In this document: positions 41,925 to 51,002 of the stretch, one piece after another
Layout: each line of letters opens with the position of its first letter
Numbering within the stretch: position 1 is the stretch's first letter
Source of the DNA: a virus
IMG/VR virus record: IMGVR_UViG_3300044739_000018
Coordinates: 64,001-128,000 of that record
Strand: one strand, 5' to 3'
Length of the DNA stretch: 64,000 nucleotides
Made by a program: the position numbers and the translations under genes
The notes under the pieces: model-generated
Told to the model about the DNA's origin: nothing
Seen by the model: only the letters and a program-made list of their open reading frames with translations
Databases searched by the model: none

Positions 41925-42656
41925 ATGAGTGACACGCTCCCCGAGCCTGAGGTCGATCTCATCGACGAGGCTCTTGACCAGATGAGGGAGGCGCTGTCCC
42001 ACGAGGACATCCTGATCGCCTTTCTCCTGGATCGCTCTGGCAGCATGGCCTCGATCCGCACAGCGACCATCGACGGCTTCAACGAGTTCAAGGGCGAGCA
42101 GTCCAAGAACCCTGGCAAGGCATGGGTCTCGCTCTATCAGTTCGACACGCAGTACCAGACGGACTACGAGATGGTCGAGATCGCGAAGACTCCCTTCCTC
42201 GATGAGACCACCTTCGTGCCCCGTGGAGGCACTGCTCTCTACGACGGCATCGGCCACATGGTCACGCAGGTCGAGAACAGCCTGGCGCAGATGCCGGAGA
42301 AGCCCGGCTCCATCCTCATGGTCATCATGACGGACGGCGGCGAGAACAGCAGCACTGAAATGACTGGGCCTGCCGTCAAGACGATGATCCAGGACAAGCA
42401 GAAGGAAGGCTGGGACTTCGTGTACCTCGGCGCCAACGTGGACGCGTTCCAGGAGGCTGCCAAGGTCGGCATCCCCAAGGGCTTCGCTGCTCAGTACGCG
42501 TCGACCCGTGCCAGCACGCAGGCTGTGTACGCCGCCTCGTCTGTCGGCACCACGACCATGCGTTCCACTGCGCGCAAGAAGGGCGCATCGCTCACGTCGA
42601 GCGGCGTGGACTTCTTCGCCTCCGAGACCGACACGAGTGACGCCAAGGACGAGTGA
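41925..42656 (+). CDS. von Willebrand factor A domain protein
   Basis: MIDAS LLDRSGSM, GGTALYDG, MTDGGEN. Confidence 0.9.
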   Translation: MSDTLPEPEVDLIDEALDQMREALSHEDILIAFLLDRSGSMASIRTATIDGFNEFKGEQSKNPGKAWVSLYQFDTQYQTDYEMVEIAKTPFLDETTFVPRGGTALYDGIGHMVTQVENSLAQMPEKPGSILMVIMTDGGENSSTEMTGPAVKTMIQDKQKEGWDFVYLGANVDAFQEAAKVGIPKGFAAQYASTRASTQAVYAASSVGTTTMRSTARKKGASLTSSGVDFFASETDTSDAKDE

Positions 42657-43123
42657 ACCTCCCGACCGGGCGTGATCTAAAGCACCTTCGGTCGTGCATC
42701 CGAGACGCCAAAGAGTTCTCGACGTGCGCGAAGGCGCAGTACTTCTCCGTGATCGTGGACACACACGACTACGTGATCGGCACGGGGTACAACGGAAGTC
42801 CGAAGGGCATGCCTCATTGCACGGATGGGGCGTGCCCTCGGGCGCTCAACCAACCGCCATCAGGCGGTGGGTACTCGGACTGCATCAGCATTCACTCCGA
42901 GGCCAACGCTCTCCTGCACAGCAACTACACGCAGCGGCGGGACGGCGGGACCCTCTACATCAATGGCCGACCATGCTGGGATTGCGCCAAGCTGATCGCG
43001 AACAGCGGTCTGAGGCGAGTTGTCGCTCTCGATGACGGCAGCAAACGTGACTATCCCAAGGTCGATGACTTCCTGGATGAAGCGGGCATCGCCCTCATCC
43101 TCGTGACCCCGGAGGAACTGTGA
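42653..43123 (+). CDS. dCMP/cytidine deaminase
   Basis: GTGYNG, IHSEANAL, PCWDC. Confidence 0.92.
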   Translation: MNLPTGRDLKHLRSCIRDAKEFSTCAKAQYFSVIVDTHDYVIGTGYNGSPKGMPHCTDGACPRALNQPPSGGGYSDCISIHSEANALLHSNYTQRRDGGTLYINGRPCWDCAKLIANSGLRRVVALDDGSKRDYPKVDDFLDEAGIALILVTPEEL

Positions 43124-44107
43124 TCGAGACTTACGCCGAGGCGGCGAAGCGGGCACAGCAGAACTTGGTTGACGTACTCATCATGGCCGACGCCCTGCTG
43201 TTCTTCGGCAGCCTGGTCGCCCTGTTCCTGGCATGAGCTACCCGCCCGACTCCATGCGGCCCGGCGACAAGACAGTGCCGAACACTGACCCCGATCTGGG
43301 CAGGATGCTGCGCACCTTCTCGGACGCCATGGACCAGTGGATTGCCCGTAGGAAAGAGTCAAGGAAAGAGGAACGCCAGTTCAAGCGCGTTCAACGTAAG
43401 TTGAAGCGACAGTACAAATGACACGTTTCCGCATCGAACACAGGTTCGGAGGCAACCCAACCGTCGAATACCGCGATTCCATCTACACGGCGATGTGGCT
43501 CGTGGAGAAGTACCTGAACCTTGACGTGAAGCTCGTCATGGTCGAACGCATGGAGGAAGATTGCGAATCGAAGTCGTCTACCGAGGCGTCGTCATCGGAA
43601 CCATCCACGACGCAGGAAGCAGACACACCCTCACCACCCCCTGCGTCATCGAGCGAAACGACGCCCTCAACATCAACGTCTACGACGGACCCGCCGCCAC
43701 CCCCAGCAACTACAACGTCCTGACCCAGATCGCCGCTGGCTTGGATCGGCAGGCGTCTGCAACAGAACGGATGGCGAACTTCCAGGGCAATATCGAGCGC
43801 GCCATCAACGAGGAGTTCACTTTCCTCCACGAGCAGTGCCGTGTGCAACAGGCCATCATCGACAAGTTGAATGTCGAGCTTGCGGCGTCGAGGGGAGGGG
43901 ATGAAAGTGAACCTGCTGCGTGAGATCTGCCACGGTGCAACACTCGTTGCGGAGTTCTGGATCTACGGTGCCGCGTACGCCCTCGCACAGCTTCTGACCT
44001 GGGATGATGACGATTTCCGCAGGCCCTTCGAAAATCAGTTGGTGCCCGCTCCAGAAGTCGCTATCGTCTGATCGCTAAAGAAATTCCGGCTCGTTGCCGA
44101 AAACTTG

Positions 44108-44135
44108 TTGACATCCCGAGAACTAGGGGTAAGGT
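44108..44135 (+). promoter_or_regulatory. putative promoter upstream of the tRNA island
   Basis: TTGACA-16 nt-TAAGGT. Confidence 0.45.
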
Positions 44136-44386
44136 AGCAAACGCTATGACGCAGAACATGACCACCGAGCGATTCCAGGGGACATCCCTCCTGTCGAGTC
44201 CCGTGGCCGCGTCTGCCTACCCGCAGCCCGTCCATGAGACGAAGCGGGAATTGGGCATCCAGGCGAATCGCCCGGATACCAAGTGCCTCACCTGGTAAAG
44301 ACTCACCTGTAGGGGAGTACAACCAGAAAGGCACAAGGGACCAATAGGTCTCTCCCCTACATAGCAGACCAACAACTGAATATCAT

Positions 44387-44454
44387 ACGCCGGAGTCAAG
44401 GTGATCATCGGGTCTCCAAAACCCGTGGAGTGGGTTCGATTCCTACCCGGCGTG
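44387..44454 (+). tRNA. tRNA-Trp(CCA), reduced D arm
   Basis: ACGCCGG/CCGGCGT; CGGGT-CTCCAAA-ACCCG. Confidence 0.8.
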
Positions 44455-44595
44455 CAAGGAGAATGTACCTCCGGCGTCATACGGAGTGAGGATCTCCAGC
44501 AGGCGATAGTCCGGTACCGAACATAACCCGGACGCATAGGCATCGGAAATGAAGTACCCCGGGAGGGGCGGTTACGGCTGTCCCTCCTGGGTCAT

Positions 44596-44678
44596 GGGTC
44601 GGTATGCAAACGGTGAAGCAAGCTGGCTGTAAACCAGTGACGTAAGAGACGTTGGGGGTTCGAATCCCTCCTGGCCCA
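44596..44678 (+). tRNA. tRNA-Tyr(GTA)
   Basis: Cloverleaf with long variable arm. Confidence 0.92.
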
Positions 44679-44803
44679 CAAATCCGACGAGAACCTCGCT
44701 GTTGTGAGACAAACTGTTGTAGCAGGACCGTCCGTGAGCCGGAGGTTATAGGCCCGGACATAGAGGCGGTCTACGCGACCAGGAGGTCACTCATCGGAAG
44801 CAT

Positions 44804-44877
44804 GCTCCACTAACTCAATTGGCTAGAGTACCTGCCTCTTAAGCAGGGAGTTCAGGGTTCGAGTCCCTGGTGGAGTA
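44804..44877 (+). tRNA. tRNA-Lys(CTT)
   Basis: CCTGC-CTCTTAA-GCAGG. Confidence 0.93.
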
Positions 44878-44880
44878 CGA

Positions 44881-44951
44881 GCAGGAAGTTCCGGTTCAAT
44901 TCCGGAGGCCGTGGCGCAAGCCAGGGTTTGGTGTAACGGCAGCACACCTGC
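44881..44951 (+). ncRNA. circularly permuted tRNA-like RNA (YrlA-like), copy 1
   Basis: Order: GCAGG, T arm, acceptor stem capped by GCAA, D arm, CCTGC. Confidence 0.7.
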
Positions 44952-44960
44952 GTTGTTCAC

Positions 44961-45034
44961 GGTCCTATAGATCAGATGGTTAGATCGCTACCCTGTCAAG
45001 GTAGAGGCCGCGGGTTCGAGTCCCGTTAGGACCG
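44961..45034 (+). tRNA. tRNA-Asp(GTC)
   Basis: CTACC-CTGTCAA-GGTAG. Confidence 0.93.
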
Positions 45035-45295
45035 CGCAAGTAATGGTGAAGCTGAACTGAAGCTCGCAGAGGGAACTGGACTGTGAATCCAGGGCCACCA
45101 GTCTGGAACGAGCCGAAGGAATGCCCAAGCCTTGCTCCGCCAGTCGTCGGCCGACTGACATGCCTGTGATGACATATTGGGCTTCATGCCCTCGGGACCA
45201 CCAGCGATAGCCGATGGGCGTCCTAAGCTGATGTGCCGAAATACCCGCCCAACTTCTTCGGGAGTTGGGATTGCGCCTTGAAGCGCAGCAGTCTA

Positions 45296-45370
45296 GTCTC
45301 GATGGTGAAATGGAGATCATTGCGGTCTACGAAACCGCCGTTAGAGGTTCGAATCCTCTTCGAGACGCCA
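45296..45370 (+). tRNA. tRNA-Arg(ACG)
   Basis: GCGGT-CTACGAA-ACCGC; CCA. Confidence 0.92.
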
Positions 45371-45376
45371 CCACAC

Positions 45377-45453
45377 GTCGATGTAGCTCAGCCGGACAGA
45401 GCGCGGGCCTCCGAAGCCCGAGGCCAGAGGTTCGAACCCTCTCATCGACGCCA
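45377..45453 (+). tRNA. tRNA-Arg(CCG)
   Basis: CGGGC-CTCCGAA-GCCCG; CCA. Confidence 0.93.
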
Positions 45454-45842
45454 TGAAGATCCAAGGTTGGCTCGACTGGTTCCGCGAGCACGCTTTGCCC
45501 AGGGACACGTTCATCGAGAAGGTGACCGACCACGTGGGCAACGTCAGCCGGACCCGTGAAACCAAGATCAAGGTTCCTCGCCGTGCCCGCATGGACGAGA
45601 TCGACAAGCTCCTGGCTGCGGCCAAGGGCGTGAAGCTCGATACCGAGATCATCGTTCCGGCCCATGCCGTGGCTGCGGAGGGGGCGACAACGACGATTCA
45701 GATGAATTGCGCTGACTGCAACGAACGTTGCAACGGAAGCGTGAAGACTTCCTGGCTCACCAGTCAGGCAGCAGGAGATCTAGTGAGGTGGCAGTGCGCC
45801 AAGTGCGGACTGGAGCAGTTTTGCAGTATCACGCCGCAGTAG
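45453..45842 (+). CDS. hypothetical zinc-ribbon protein
   Basis: CADC...CAKC; ORF between tRNAs. Confidence 0.6.
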   Translation: MKIQGWLDWFREHALPRDTFIEKVTDHVGNVSRTRETKIKVPRRARMDEIDKLLAAAKGVKLDTEIIVPAHAVAAEGATTTIQMNCADCNERCNGSVKTSWLTSQAAGDLVRWQCAKCGLEQFCSITPQ

Positions 45843-45905
45843 CGTCAACGGTTAGCGCGCGTCCTTGGTACGGACGAAGTTCAGGTTCGATTCCTGACTG
45901 TGGCT
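45833..45905 (+). tRNA. tRNA-Thr(GGT)
   Basis: CGTCC-TTGGTAC-GGACG. Confidence 0.9.
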
Positions 45906-46038
45906 CTCGGAGTGTCGGGTACCAGTGATGGCCCGAAGCGACCTGCCCCCAAAGTACCGGTTGAGGGGACGGTTGTATCGAGCACTCCTATCCCGGGTGG
46001 TGGCGGGCTGGTAGCTCCAGCCCGCTGCTTCCCATCAC

Positions 46039-46110
46039 GTCTCTGTAGTTCAAAGGAAAGAACACGAGTTTCCTAAACTTGCGATGGGGGTTCGAGTCCT
46101 CCCAGAGACG
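46039..46110 (+). tRNA. tRNA-Arg(CCT)
   Basis: CGAGT-TTCCTAA-ACTTG. Confidence 0.92.
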
Positions 46111-46423
46111 CTCAAGCCAGTGGATGCCATCATGCCGTTGGAAGGGAACATCCGGCTGCGTAGTAGCCGTCCTGAAAGACGTTCGTGCGGGCATCGGCGG
46201 GTTCGACCCCCGTAGCTTCCACAACGAGGGAGCTTGCTGCCGGTGCAGCCCTGGCACATTGTATTTCGAGCGGATAGTGCCGATCTTTAGGTGAGCAGAT
46301 CACCCCAGACCCTGGTGATTGGACTGGGGAATCTGTGCGCTATCGACACTACGAACTCAAGACGATCTTCATGGTTGCCTTTGTGGCCTTCGTAGTCATC
46401 AACCTCGTAATGGTGGTGGCTAT

Positions 46424-46834
46424 ATGAGCGGTGAAACCGAACAGCAGGTCAGTGGGTGGACAGTTGACACCCTGAATGAGCACCTCCAGCGCATCATTGA
46501 TGAGAAGCTGGCAGCTCAGGACGTGCTTATTACGGAGCGCGACCGCCGTTACGAACAACGCTTTGAGGCCCAAGAGAAGGCCATCCAGAAGGCGGAAACC
46601 GCGACCGAGAAGCGGTTCGAATCGGTCAACGAGTTCCGATCCGTGCTTTCGGACCAGACGAGGAGCTTCCTCCCTCGTGAAGAGTACAATCGTGCTCACA
46701 CAGATCTGGCTAGCCGGTTGGATGAGGCGACCAAGAGTACCAACGAGAAGTTGGAACAGGCCGTGAAGACCCTTGAGAGTCGCATTGCCTCTCTCCAGCA
46801 GCAGCTCAACGCCGTCGAAGCGGTGGTGAAGTAA
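46424..46834 (+). CDS. coiled-coil hypothetical protein
   Basis: Heptad-rich; followed by two TM-bearing ORFs (46834-47052, 47049-47393). Confidence 0.65.
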   Translation: MSGETEQQVSGWTVDTLNEHLQRIIDEKLAAQDVLITERDRRYEQRFEAQEKAIQKAETATEKRFESVNEFRSVLSDQTRSFLPREEYNRAHTDLASRLDEATKSTNEKLEQAVKTLESRIASLQQQLNAVEAVVK

Positions 46835-47594
46835 TGCCCGTCGTGACCTTGGGGACGCTGGCCGAGAAGCTGATCGCTGCCCAGACTGGCATTGACCAGA
46901 TCCAGGTAGAACTCAGGAAGGTCAACGAGCAAGCTCTTGACCGGCGAGTCTCCAAGCTGGAAGACACCGTAAAGTTCTTGAGCCGCACAGTCGCCGCCAC
47001 GCTCATTTCGGCCATAGGGTCGGCCATCCTCGCGGTGGTGATGTCCCGATGAACGAAAAAATGGATGAGACAAAGGCGGACTCCCGCTTCAATGGAGTGC
47101 GTGTCCTCGTCACCGCCATCATTGTCGGCGTATTGGCCGTGGCGGTATTCGTGTCGGCCAGCCTCCTGACGAGAGTGCCGAAGAACGCTCAGGATCTCCG
47201 AGAGCGGTGCGTGTCATCAAACCTGGCGATCCAGCAGTTCAACACCAAGTTCTCGCAGTTGGTTGACTTGTTCGACCAGTCGCTGGCAAACCCGGACCCG
47301 AACAGGCCACCGCCGTCGCCGGAGGTCCTTGCTCTTTACGCCGAGTTCAAAAAGCCCGTCCCTCTCATCAAGTGCGAGGACGACGGCCGCTAAGTTTTCG
47401 TGAACCCAAGCTCAGTAGGCAGAGTAGCCTTCAGGGGCCGGAGGTCGTGGGTGGGATTCCCACCGAGTCCATCATGAGTCGTCACTCGGGTGTAGCGCCG
47501 CCAGGCTGCCTACAGTGACGGTTCATCGTGGGGTCGTAGCTCAGTACCCAGAGCACCGTCTGGAACCTACGAAAGTGCGGGTAACACAACACCT

Positions 47595-47677
47595 GGAGAG
47601 ATACCCAAGTGGTGAAGGGGACGGTTTGCTAAACCGTTAGGTCGAAAGGCGCGTGGGTTCGAACCCCACTCTCTCCG
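47595..47677 (+). tRNA. tRNA-Ser(GCT)
   Basis: ACGGT-TTGCTAA-ACCGT; long variable arm. Confidence 0.93.
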
Positions 47678-47755
47678 CGCTGGTGGGTATGCGGACTATA
47701 GGCGTGCATGCGCGCTTGGTCGTCCCGGCGCCGGGATGGCTGCCCACCGGATTCT

Positions 47756-48023
47756 TGAGATAGCCGGGTGACCGCGGCACGACTTGATCGTGTCGAGGAA
47801 GGTCGGGACTCCACAGGACGAGGGAGCCAACGAGAGTTGGGCGGGCGTGAGCTTGCGGCTCTGCAACAGAGACGAGCCGGTTAAGTCCGGGTGAAACGGG
47901 CAACCCCCTGGAGCAACTTCATACAGAGGTCGCTGGTCCGGCGATAACCTCGGGTAGAAGGCTTAGATGGATGGTCACCGCGCTACATGCTGGCGTACAG
48001 AATCCCGCCTACAAGCTATCTCA
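47756..48023 (+). ncRNA. rnpB: RNase P RNA (compact)
   Basis: P1 TGAGATAGC/GCTATCTCA; CR-I GAGGAAGGTCGGGA pairing with CR-V ACAGAATCCCGCCTAC; GCAACAGAGA and GGGTGAAACGG elements. Confidence 0.9.
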
Positions 48024-48030
48024 GTATCTC

Positions 48031-48117
48031 GGAGCGATGGCAGAGTCTGGTTGATTGCACCTGCCTTGAAAGCAGACGTGGGGTAACTCACCGGGGGTTC
48101 GAATCCCTCTCGCTCCG
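48031..48117 (+). tRNA. tRNA-Ser(TGA)
   Basis: CTGC-CTTGAAA-GCAG; long variable arm. Confidence 0.92.
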
Positions 48118-48272
48118 CTCGCCAACGTTCGTTGGCAAACCCGTACTCATTCCTAGTACCGCTACGCAATGTTAGTCCTCGTAACTATCCGCCTGGCTGA
48201 CCTGCGGTTTTAACGTCCTCCCACCTGTTCAAACGTGTGGCCGGTACTAGACATGAGTACATGACTCACCTC

Positions 48273-48356
48273 GGAAGGCATCCGAATTGGAGAGGAACCC
48301 GCCTCGAAAGCGGGCACGGTGTAACAGCCTTGTGGGTTCGAGTCCCACGCCTTCCG
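48273..48356 (+). tRNA. tRNA-Ser(CGA)
   Basis: CCCGC-CTCGAAA-GCGGG. Confidence 0.92.
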
Positions 48357-48385
48357 CTTTGACAACCCGATGTGACAGAGCAGTC

Positions 48386-48456
48386 TGTATCGTAGCTCAG
48401 TTGGATAGAGCGCCGCCCACAAGGCGGAGGTCGCAGGTTCGAGTCCTGCCGAACAC
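48386..48456 (+). pseudogene. tRNA-like gene with 5-nt anticodon loop
   Basis: Intact D and T arms; CCGCC-CACAA-GGCGG; bulged acceptor stem. Confidence 0.65.
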
Positions 48457-48492
48457 TGGAACTCTCGAATGTGCGGGCGAGTCAATAACCTC

Positions 48493-48838
48493 GGGGCTGA
48501 CAGGTTTCGACGGTGCAAGTGAAGCTAGGAGTGCGACCGGTCTTGGGCAGAGACCTAAAACGGCCTACCAAAAACAAACGACAACGACATCGTTGCCGAG
48601 GCAGAGGCCGTCCTGGCTTCTGCTGCTCTCGCTACTGTCTGACAGTAGCTTGCGGGGAAGCCCATCCTTGAGATCCAAACGGGCATGTGACATGACTCTC
48701 AGGAAAGACTGAGTGGCGCTCCGTGAAATGCGGGCTGACAGCCGGAAAGACGGCACACTGGCCCGACAGTAAACGGGAATGGTCGTATCACAAGTAGTGA
48801 ATCTGCAACGGACGTGGGTTCGAATCCCACCAGCTCCA
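48493..48838 (+). ncRNA. ssrA: tmRNA; tag (A)DNDIVAEAEAVLASAALATV*
   Basis: 5' GGGGCTGACAGGTTTCGAC; 3' GGACGTGGGTTCGAATCCCACCAGCTCCA; G3-U wobble; tag ORF 48580-48642. Confidence 0.93.
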
Positions 48839-48840
48839 CG

Positions 48841-49058
48841 TGTATGCGCAACGAAAGGTTGGCTTAGAGGCAGCCATCCTATAATGAGTGGGGTAACGGT
48901 CCATCTTGGCAGTAGCTGGGGTGGACCTCCGGGCAATACCGTTGGAGACAGCGAGTACGTCCGGGATCAGGTACGTGGGGACTAGCCTGCCCATCGGTAA
49001 CCGCTTTCTCCGTTCCTCGGAACCGCCCTTTGGCGTAATAGCACATCCTTGCGTGACA
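48841..49058 (+). ncRNA. candidate 23S rRNA L11-binding-domain (H43/H44) mimic with internal insertion
   Basis: AGGTTGGCTTAGAGGCAGCCATCCTATAATGAGT ... GCGTAATAGCACA, closed by TGCGCAA/TTGCGTG. Confidence 0.65.
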
Positions 49059-49063
49059 CACCT

Positions 49064-49146
49064 GGAGAGGACCCGAACGGTCAGGAGCCTCGTTGGAAGC
49101 GAGGTACGGGTGCAAGCCCTAGTGGGTTCGACCCCCACCCTCTCCG
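49064..49146 (+). tRNA. tRNA-Ser(GGA)
   Basis: CCTCG-TTGGAAG-CGAGG. Confidence 0.9.
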
Positions 49147-49509
49147 CTCCACATAGCGGGACGACAACTAATCGCGTTACAGGAAGTCGTTCTGCACGAC
49201 CAAGGAGGTGAGTGAAGGTTATCAGCACCTACATCCGGTGGCATCAAGCTTCCGTTTGGAGCCTTCTCTCACACCGCAACCTGATCTGAAAGTGGTACGA
49301 CCGGCCCGACAAGAGGCTACCCTCCTCAGCGTCCCGCCTCCCTGGCTCGGTGCCCGCATGCGTGCGGGCTTACCTGCGGTGTGATTCCTCAGGTGAGAGT
49401 GGTCGTGAATCCACGTGATTTGACGGTAAGCCAACGCTCGTTGCAGTGAGAACGTGGCTTCGCAGGAACAAGATGTCGGAATGCTGAACTGGCCGTGACG
49501 GTGCAGTCG

Positions 49510-49580
49510 TTGGGATTCGTATATCGGTAGTACACCCGGCTTTGAACCGGGTGGAGTGGGTTCGACTCCCGCATCCCCCC
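49510..49580 (+). tRNA. tRNA-Gln(TTG), weak acceptor end
   Basis: CCCGG-CTTTGAA-CCGGG. Confidence 0.75.
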
Positions 49581-49629
49581 TTGAACGGAGACTGAAACAC
49601 CTGATCCAAAGGTAACAGCGTTCCATCAT

Positions 49630-49703
49630 GCCCCCATCGTTTATGGGTAGGACATCAGCCTTTCAAGCTGATAGACAGGGTTCGAGTCCCTGTGGGGGTA
49701 CCA
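49630..49703 (+). tRNA. tRNA-Glu(TTC)
   Basis: TCAGC-CTTTCAA-GCTGA; CCA. Confidence 0.93.
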
Positions 49704-49704
49704 A

Positions 49705-49775
49705 GGCGCATTAGTTTAGTGGGAAAACAACTGGTTCTCAGCCAGTCGTCAGGAGTTCGATCCTCCTATGCGCTA
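49705..49775 (+). tRNA. tRNA-Glu(CTC)
   Basis: ACTGG-TTCTCAG-CCAGT. Confidence 0.92.
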
Positions 49776-50053
49776 CTCATAGCAACGGCTCCGTGGCTCC
49801 TCCATCGGTACACCCGATGAGAGGGGGTGAACGTGCCCAAGTATCACAGAGTAACGGGAGCCACCCGCTGCTATGTCTGCGGCCAGCGTCTGACGCTGAC
49901 CGACTATGACGACGGCGATGAGGTCATCGCTAGTCACATAGACAAGACTCACATGAGAGTCATCAAGGCTCTCATTCGTTTCGCCCGCTCCTAGCTGGCG
50001 GCCCGGCGACACCTGCCGTAAGTGGTGTGACGTGGGGGAGAGACCTCATCCAT

Positions 50054-50130
50054 TGCCGGGTAGCTCAGATAGGCAGAGCAGCCGCCTGTTAAGCGGAAGC
50101 GCGTGGGTTCGATCCCCACCCTGGCAGCCA
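50054..50130 (+). tRNA. tRNA-Asn(GTT)
   Basis: CCGC-CTGTTAA-GCGG; CCA. Confidence 0.93.
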
Positions 50131-50131
50131 T

Positions 50132-50206
50132 GGGACGATAGCCAAGTGGTAAGGCGACGGATTGCAACCCCGTCATTCGTCGGTTCGATTCCGACTCGTC
50201 CCTCCA
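50132..50206 (+). tRNA. tRNA-Cys(GCA)
   Basis: Loop TTGCAAC; T discriminator plus CCA. Confidence 0.92.
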
Positions 50207-50359
50207 TGTGATACAGAACCCGATCCTGACCTAGCAGGAGCAGTCGCCGCGGGGTCCCCCATGTATCCACAAACTGAGAGATACTATTCAGAATGTGGAT
50301 AGATGGGGTCCTCCGGTGGAGGACTGAAACTGGTGATGGTAGGGTAACTGTCTCAACTT

Positions 50360-50432
50360 GTGCGTGTAGCTCAACTGGCAGAGCACGACGTTGCCAACGT
50401 CGAGGTCGAGGGTTCGAACCCCTTCACGCACT
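50360..50432 (+). tRNA. tRNA-Gly(GCC)
   Basis: CGACG-TTGCCAA-CGTCG. Confidence 0.93.
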
Positions 50433-50437
50433 CGCAT

Positions 50438-50510
50438 GCGGGAGTGATGTCAACGGTTAGCATCTCTGCCTTCCAAGCAGATCGTGCCGGTTCGAATCCG
50501 GTCTCCCGTT
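50438..50510 (+). tRNA. tRNA-Gly(TCC)
   Basis: TCTGC-CTTCCAA-GCAGA. Confidence 0.92.
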
Positions 50511-50511
50511 C

Positions 50512-50540
50512 TTGACGCTGGCACCGGCGTGTCATAAAAT
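50512..50540 (+). promoter_or_regulatory. near-consensus sigma70-type promoter
   Basis: TTGACG-17 nt-TAAAAT. Confidence 0.75.
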
Positions 50541-50685
50541 GGGCGTTGGCGGAGAAGCCTACGGGGCGACTCCGAGTGTAATCCGATCAGTCGAACCTCA
50601 GCCTCACGGTGAAGGCCCACTACTTACTCAAAGCCGGAACCTAAAGGCGGGCACCGTAATCGGGTTGCCGCGCAAAGAAAGTACC

Positions 50686-50711
50686 GAGAAGGGGCCGCAA
50701 GGCCCCTTCTC
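50686..50711 (+). terminator. terminator-like hairpin
   Basis: GAGAAGGGGCC-GCAA-GGCCCCTTCTC. Confidence 0.65.
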
Positions 50712-50715
50712 ACTA

Positions 50716-50790
50716 GCCTTCGTGATGTCAACGGCAGCATTCCTGTCTTGTAAACAGGTCGTGGCGGTTCGAATCCGTCCGGAGGCTCCA
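50716..50790 (+). tRNA. tRNA-Thr(TGT)
   Basis: CCTGT-CTTGTAA-ACAGG; CCA. Confidence 0.92.
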
Positions 50791-50927
50791 AGCAGTTGTG
50801 ATGAAGCAGCATGTAAGCCGCCTGGCGGTGGAAACTCGCGGTCCGAATCTCAGGCTGGCAGAAATGCCAAGGGAACGGTGGCACTGGGAGCCGTTGGGGT
50901 GTTGGAACTTCTTGAATGACTGCTCAT

Positions 50928-51002
50928 GGTTCAGTAGCTCAGACTGGTTAGAGCGTCCGGTTGAAACCCGGGAGGTCGTCCGTTCGATCCGGACCTGAAC
51001 CA
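50928..51002 (+). tRNA. tRNA-Phe(GAA)
   Basis: TCCGG-TTGAAAC-CCGGG. Confidence 0.92.

Noticed and set aside
45190-45245. Hammerhead or pistol ribozyme (CTGATG..GAAA, CCTAAGC)
   Set aside because: Required stems and core spacing could not be fitted
48841-49058. True 23S rRNA gene or host contamination
   Set aside because: Only about 50 nt match, split by an insert and flanked by phage tmRNA and tRNA
50257-50308. Inverted pair of DnaA-box-like 9-mers (GTATCCACA / TGTGGATAG)
   Set aside because: Each is an 8/9 match and both are arms of one longer hairpin; insufficient for an origin call
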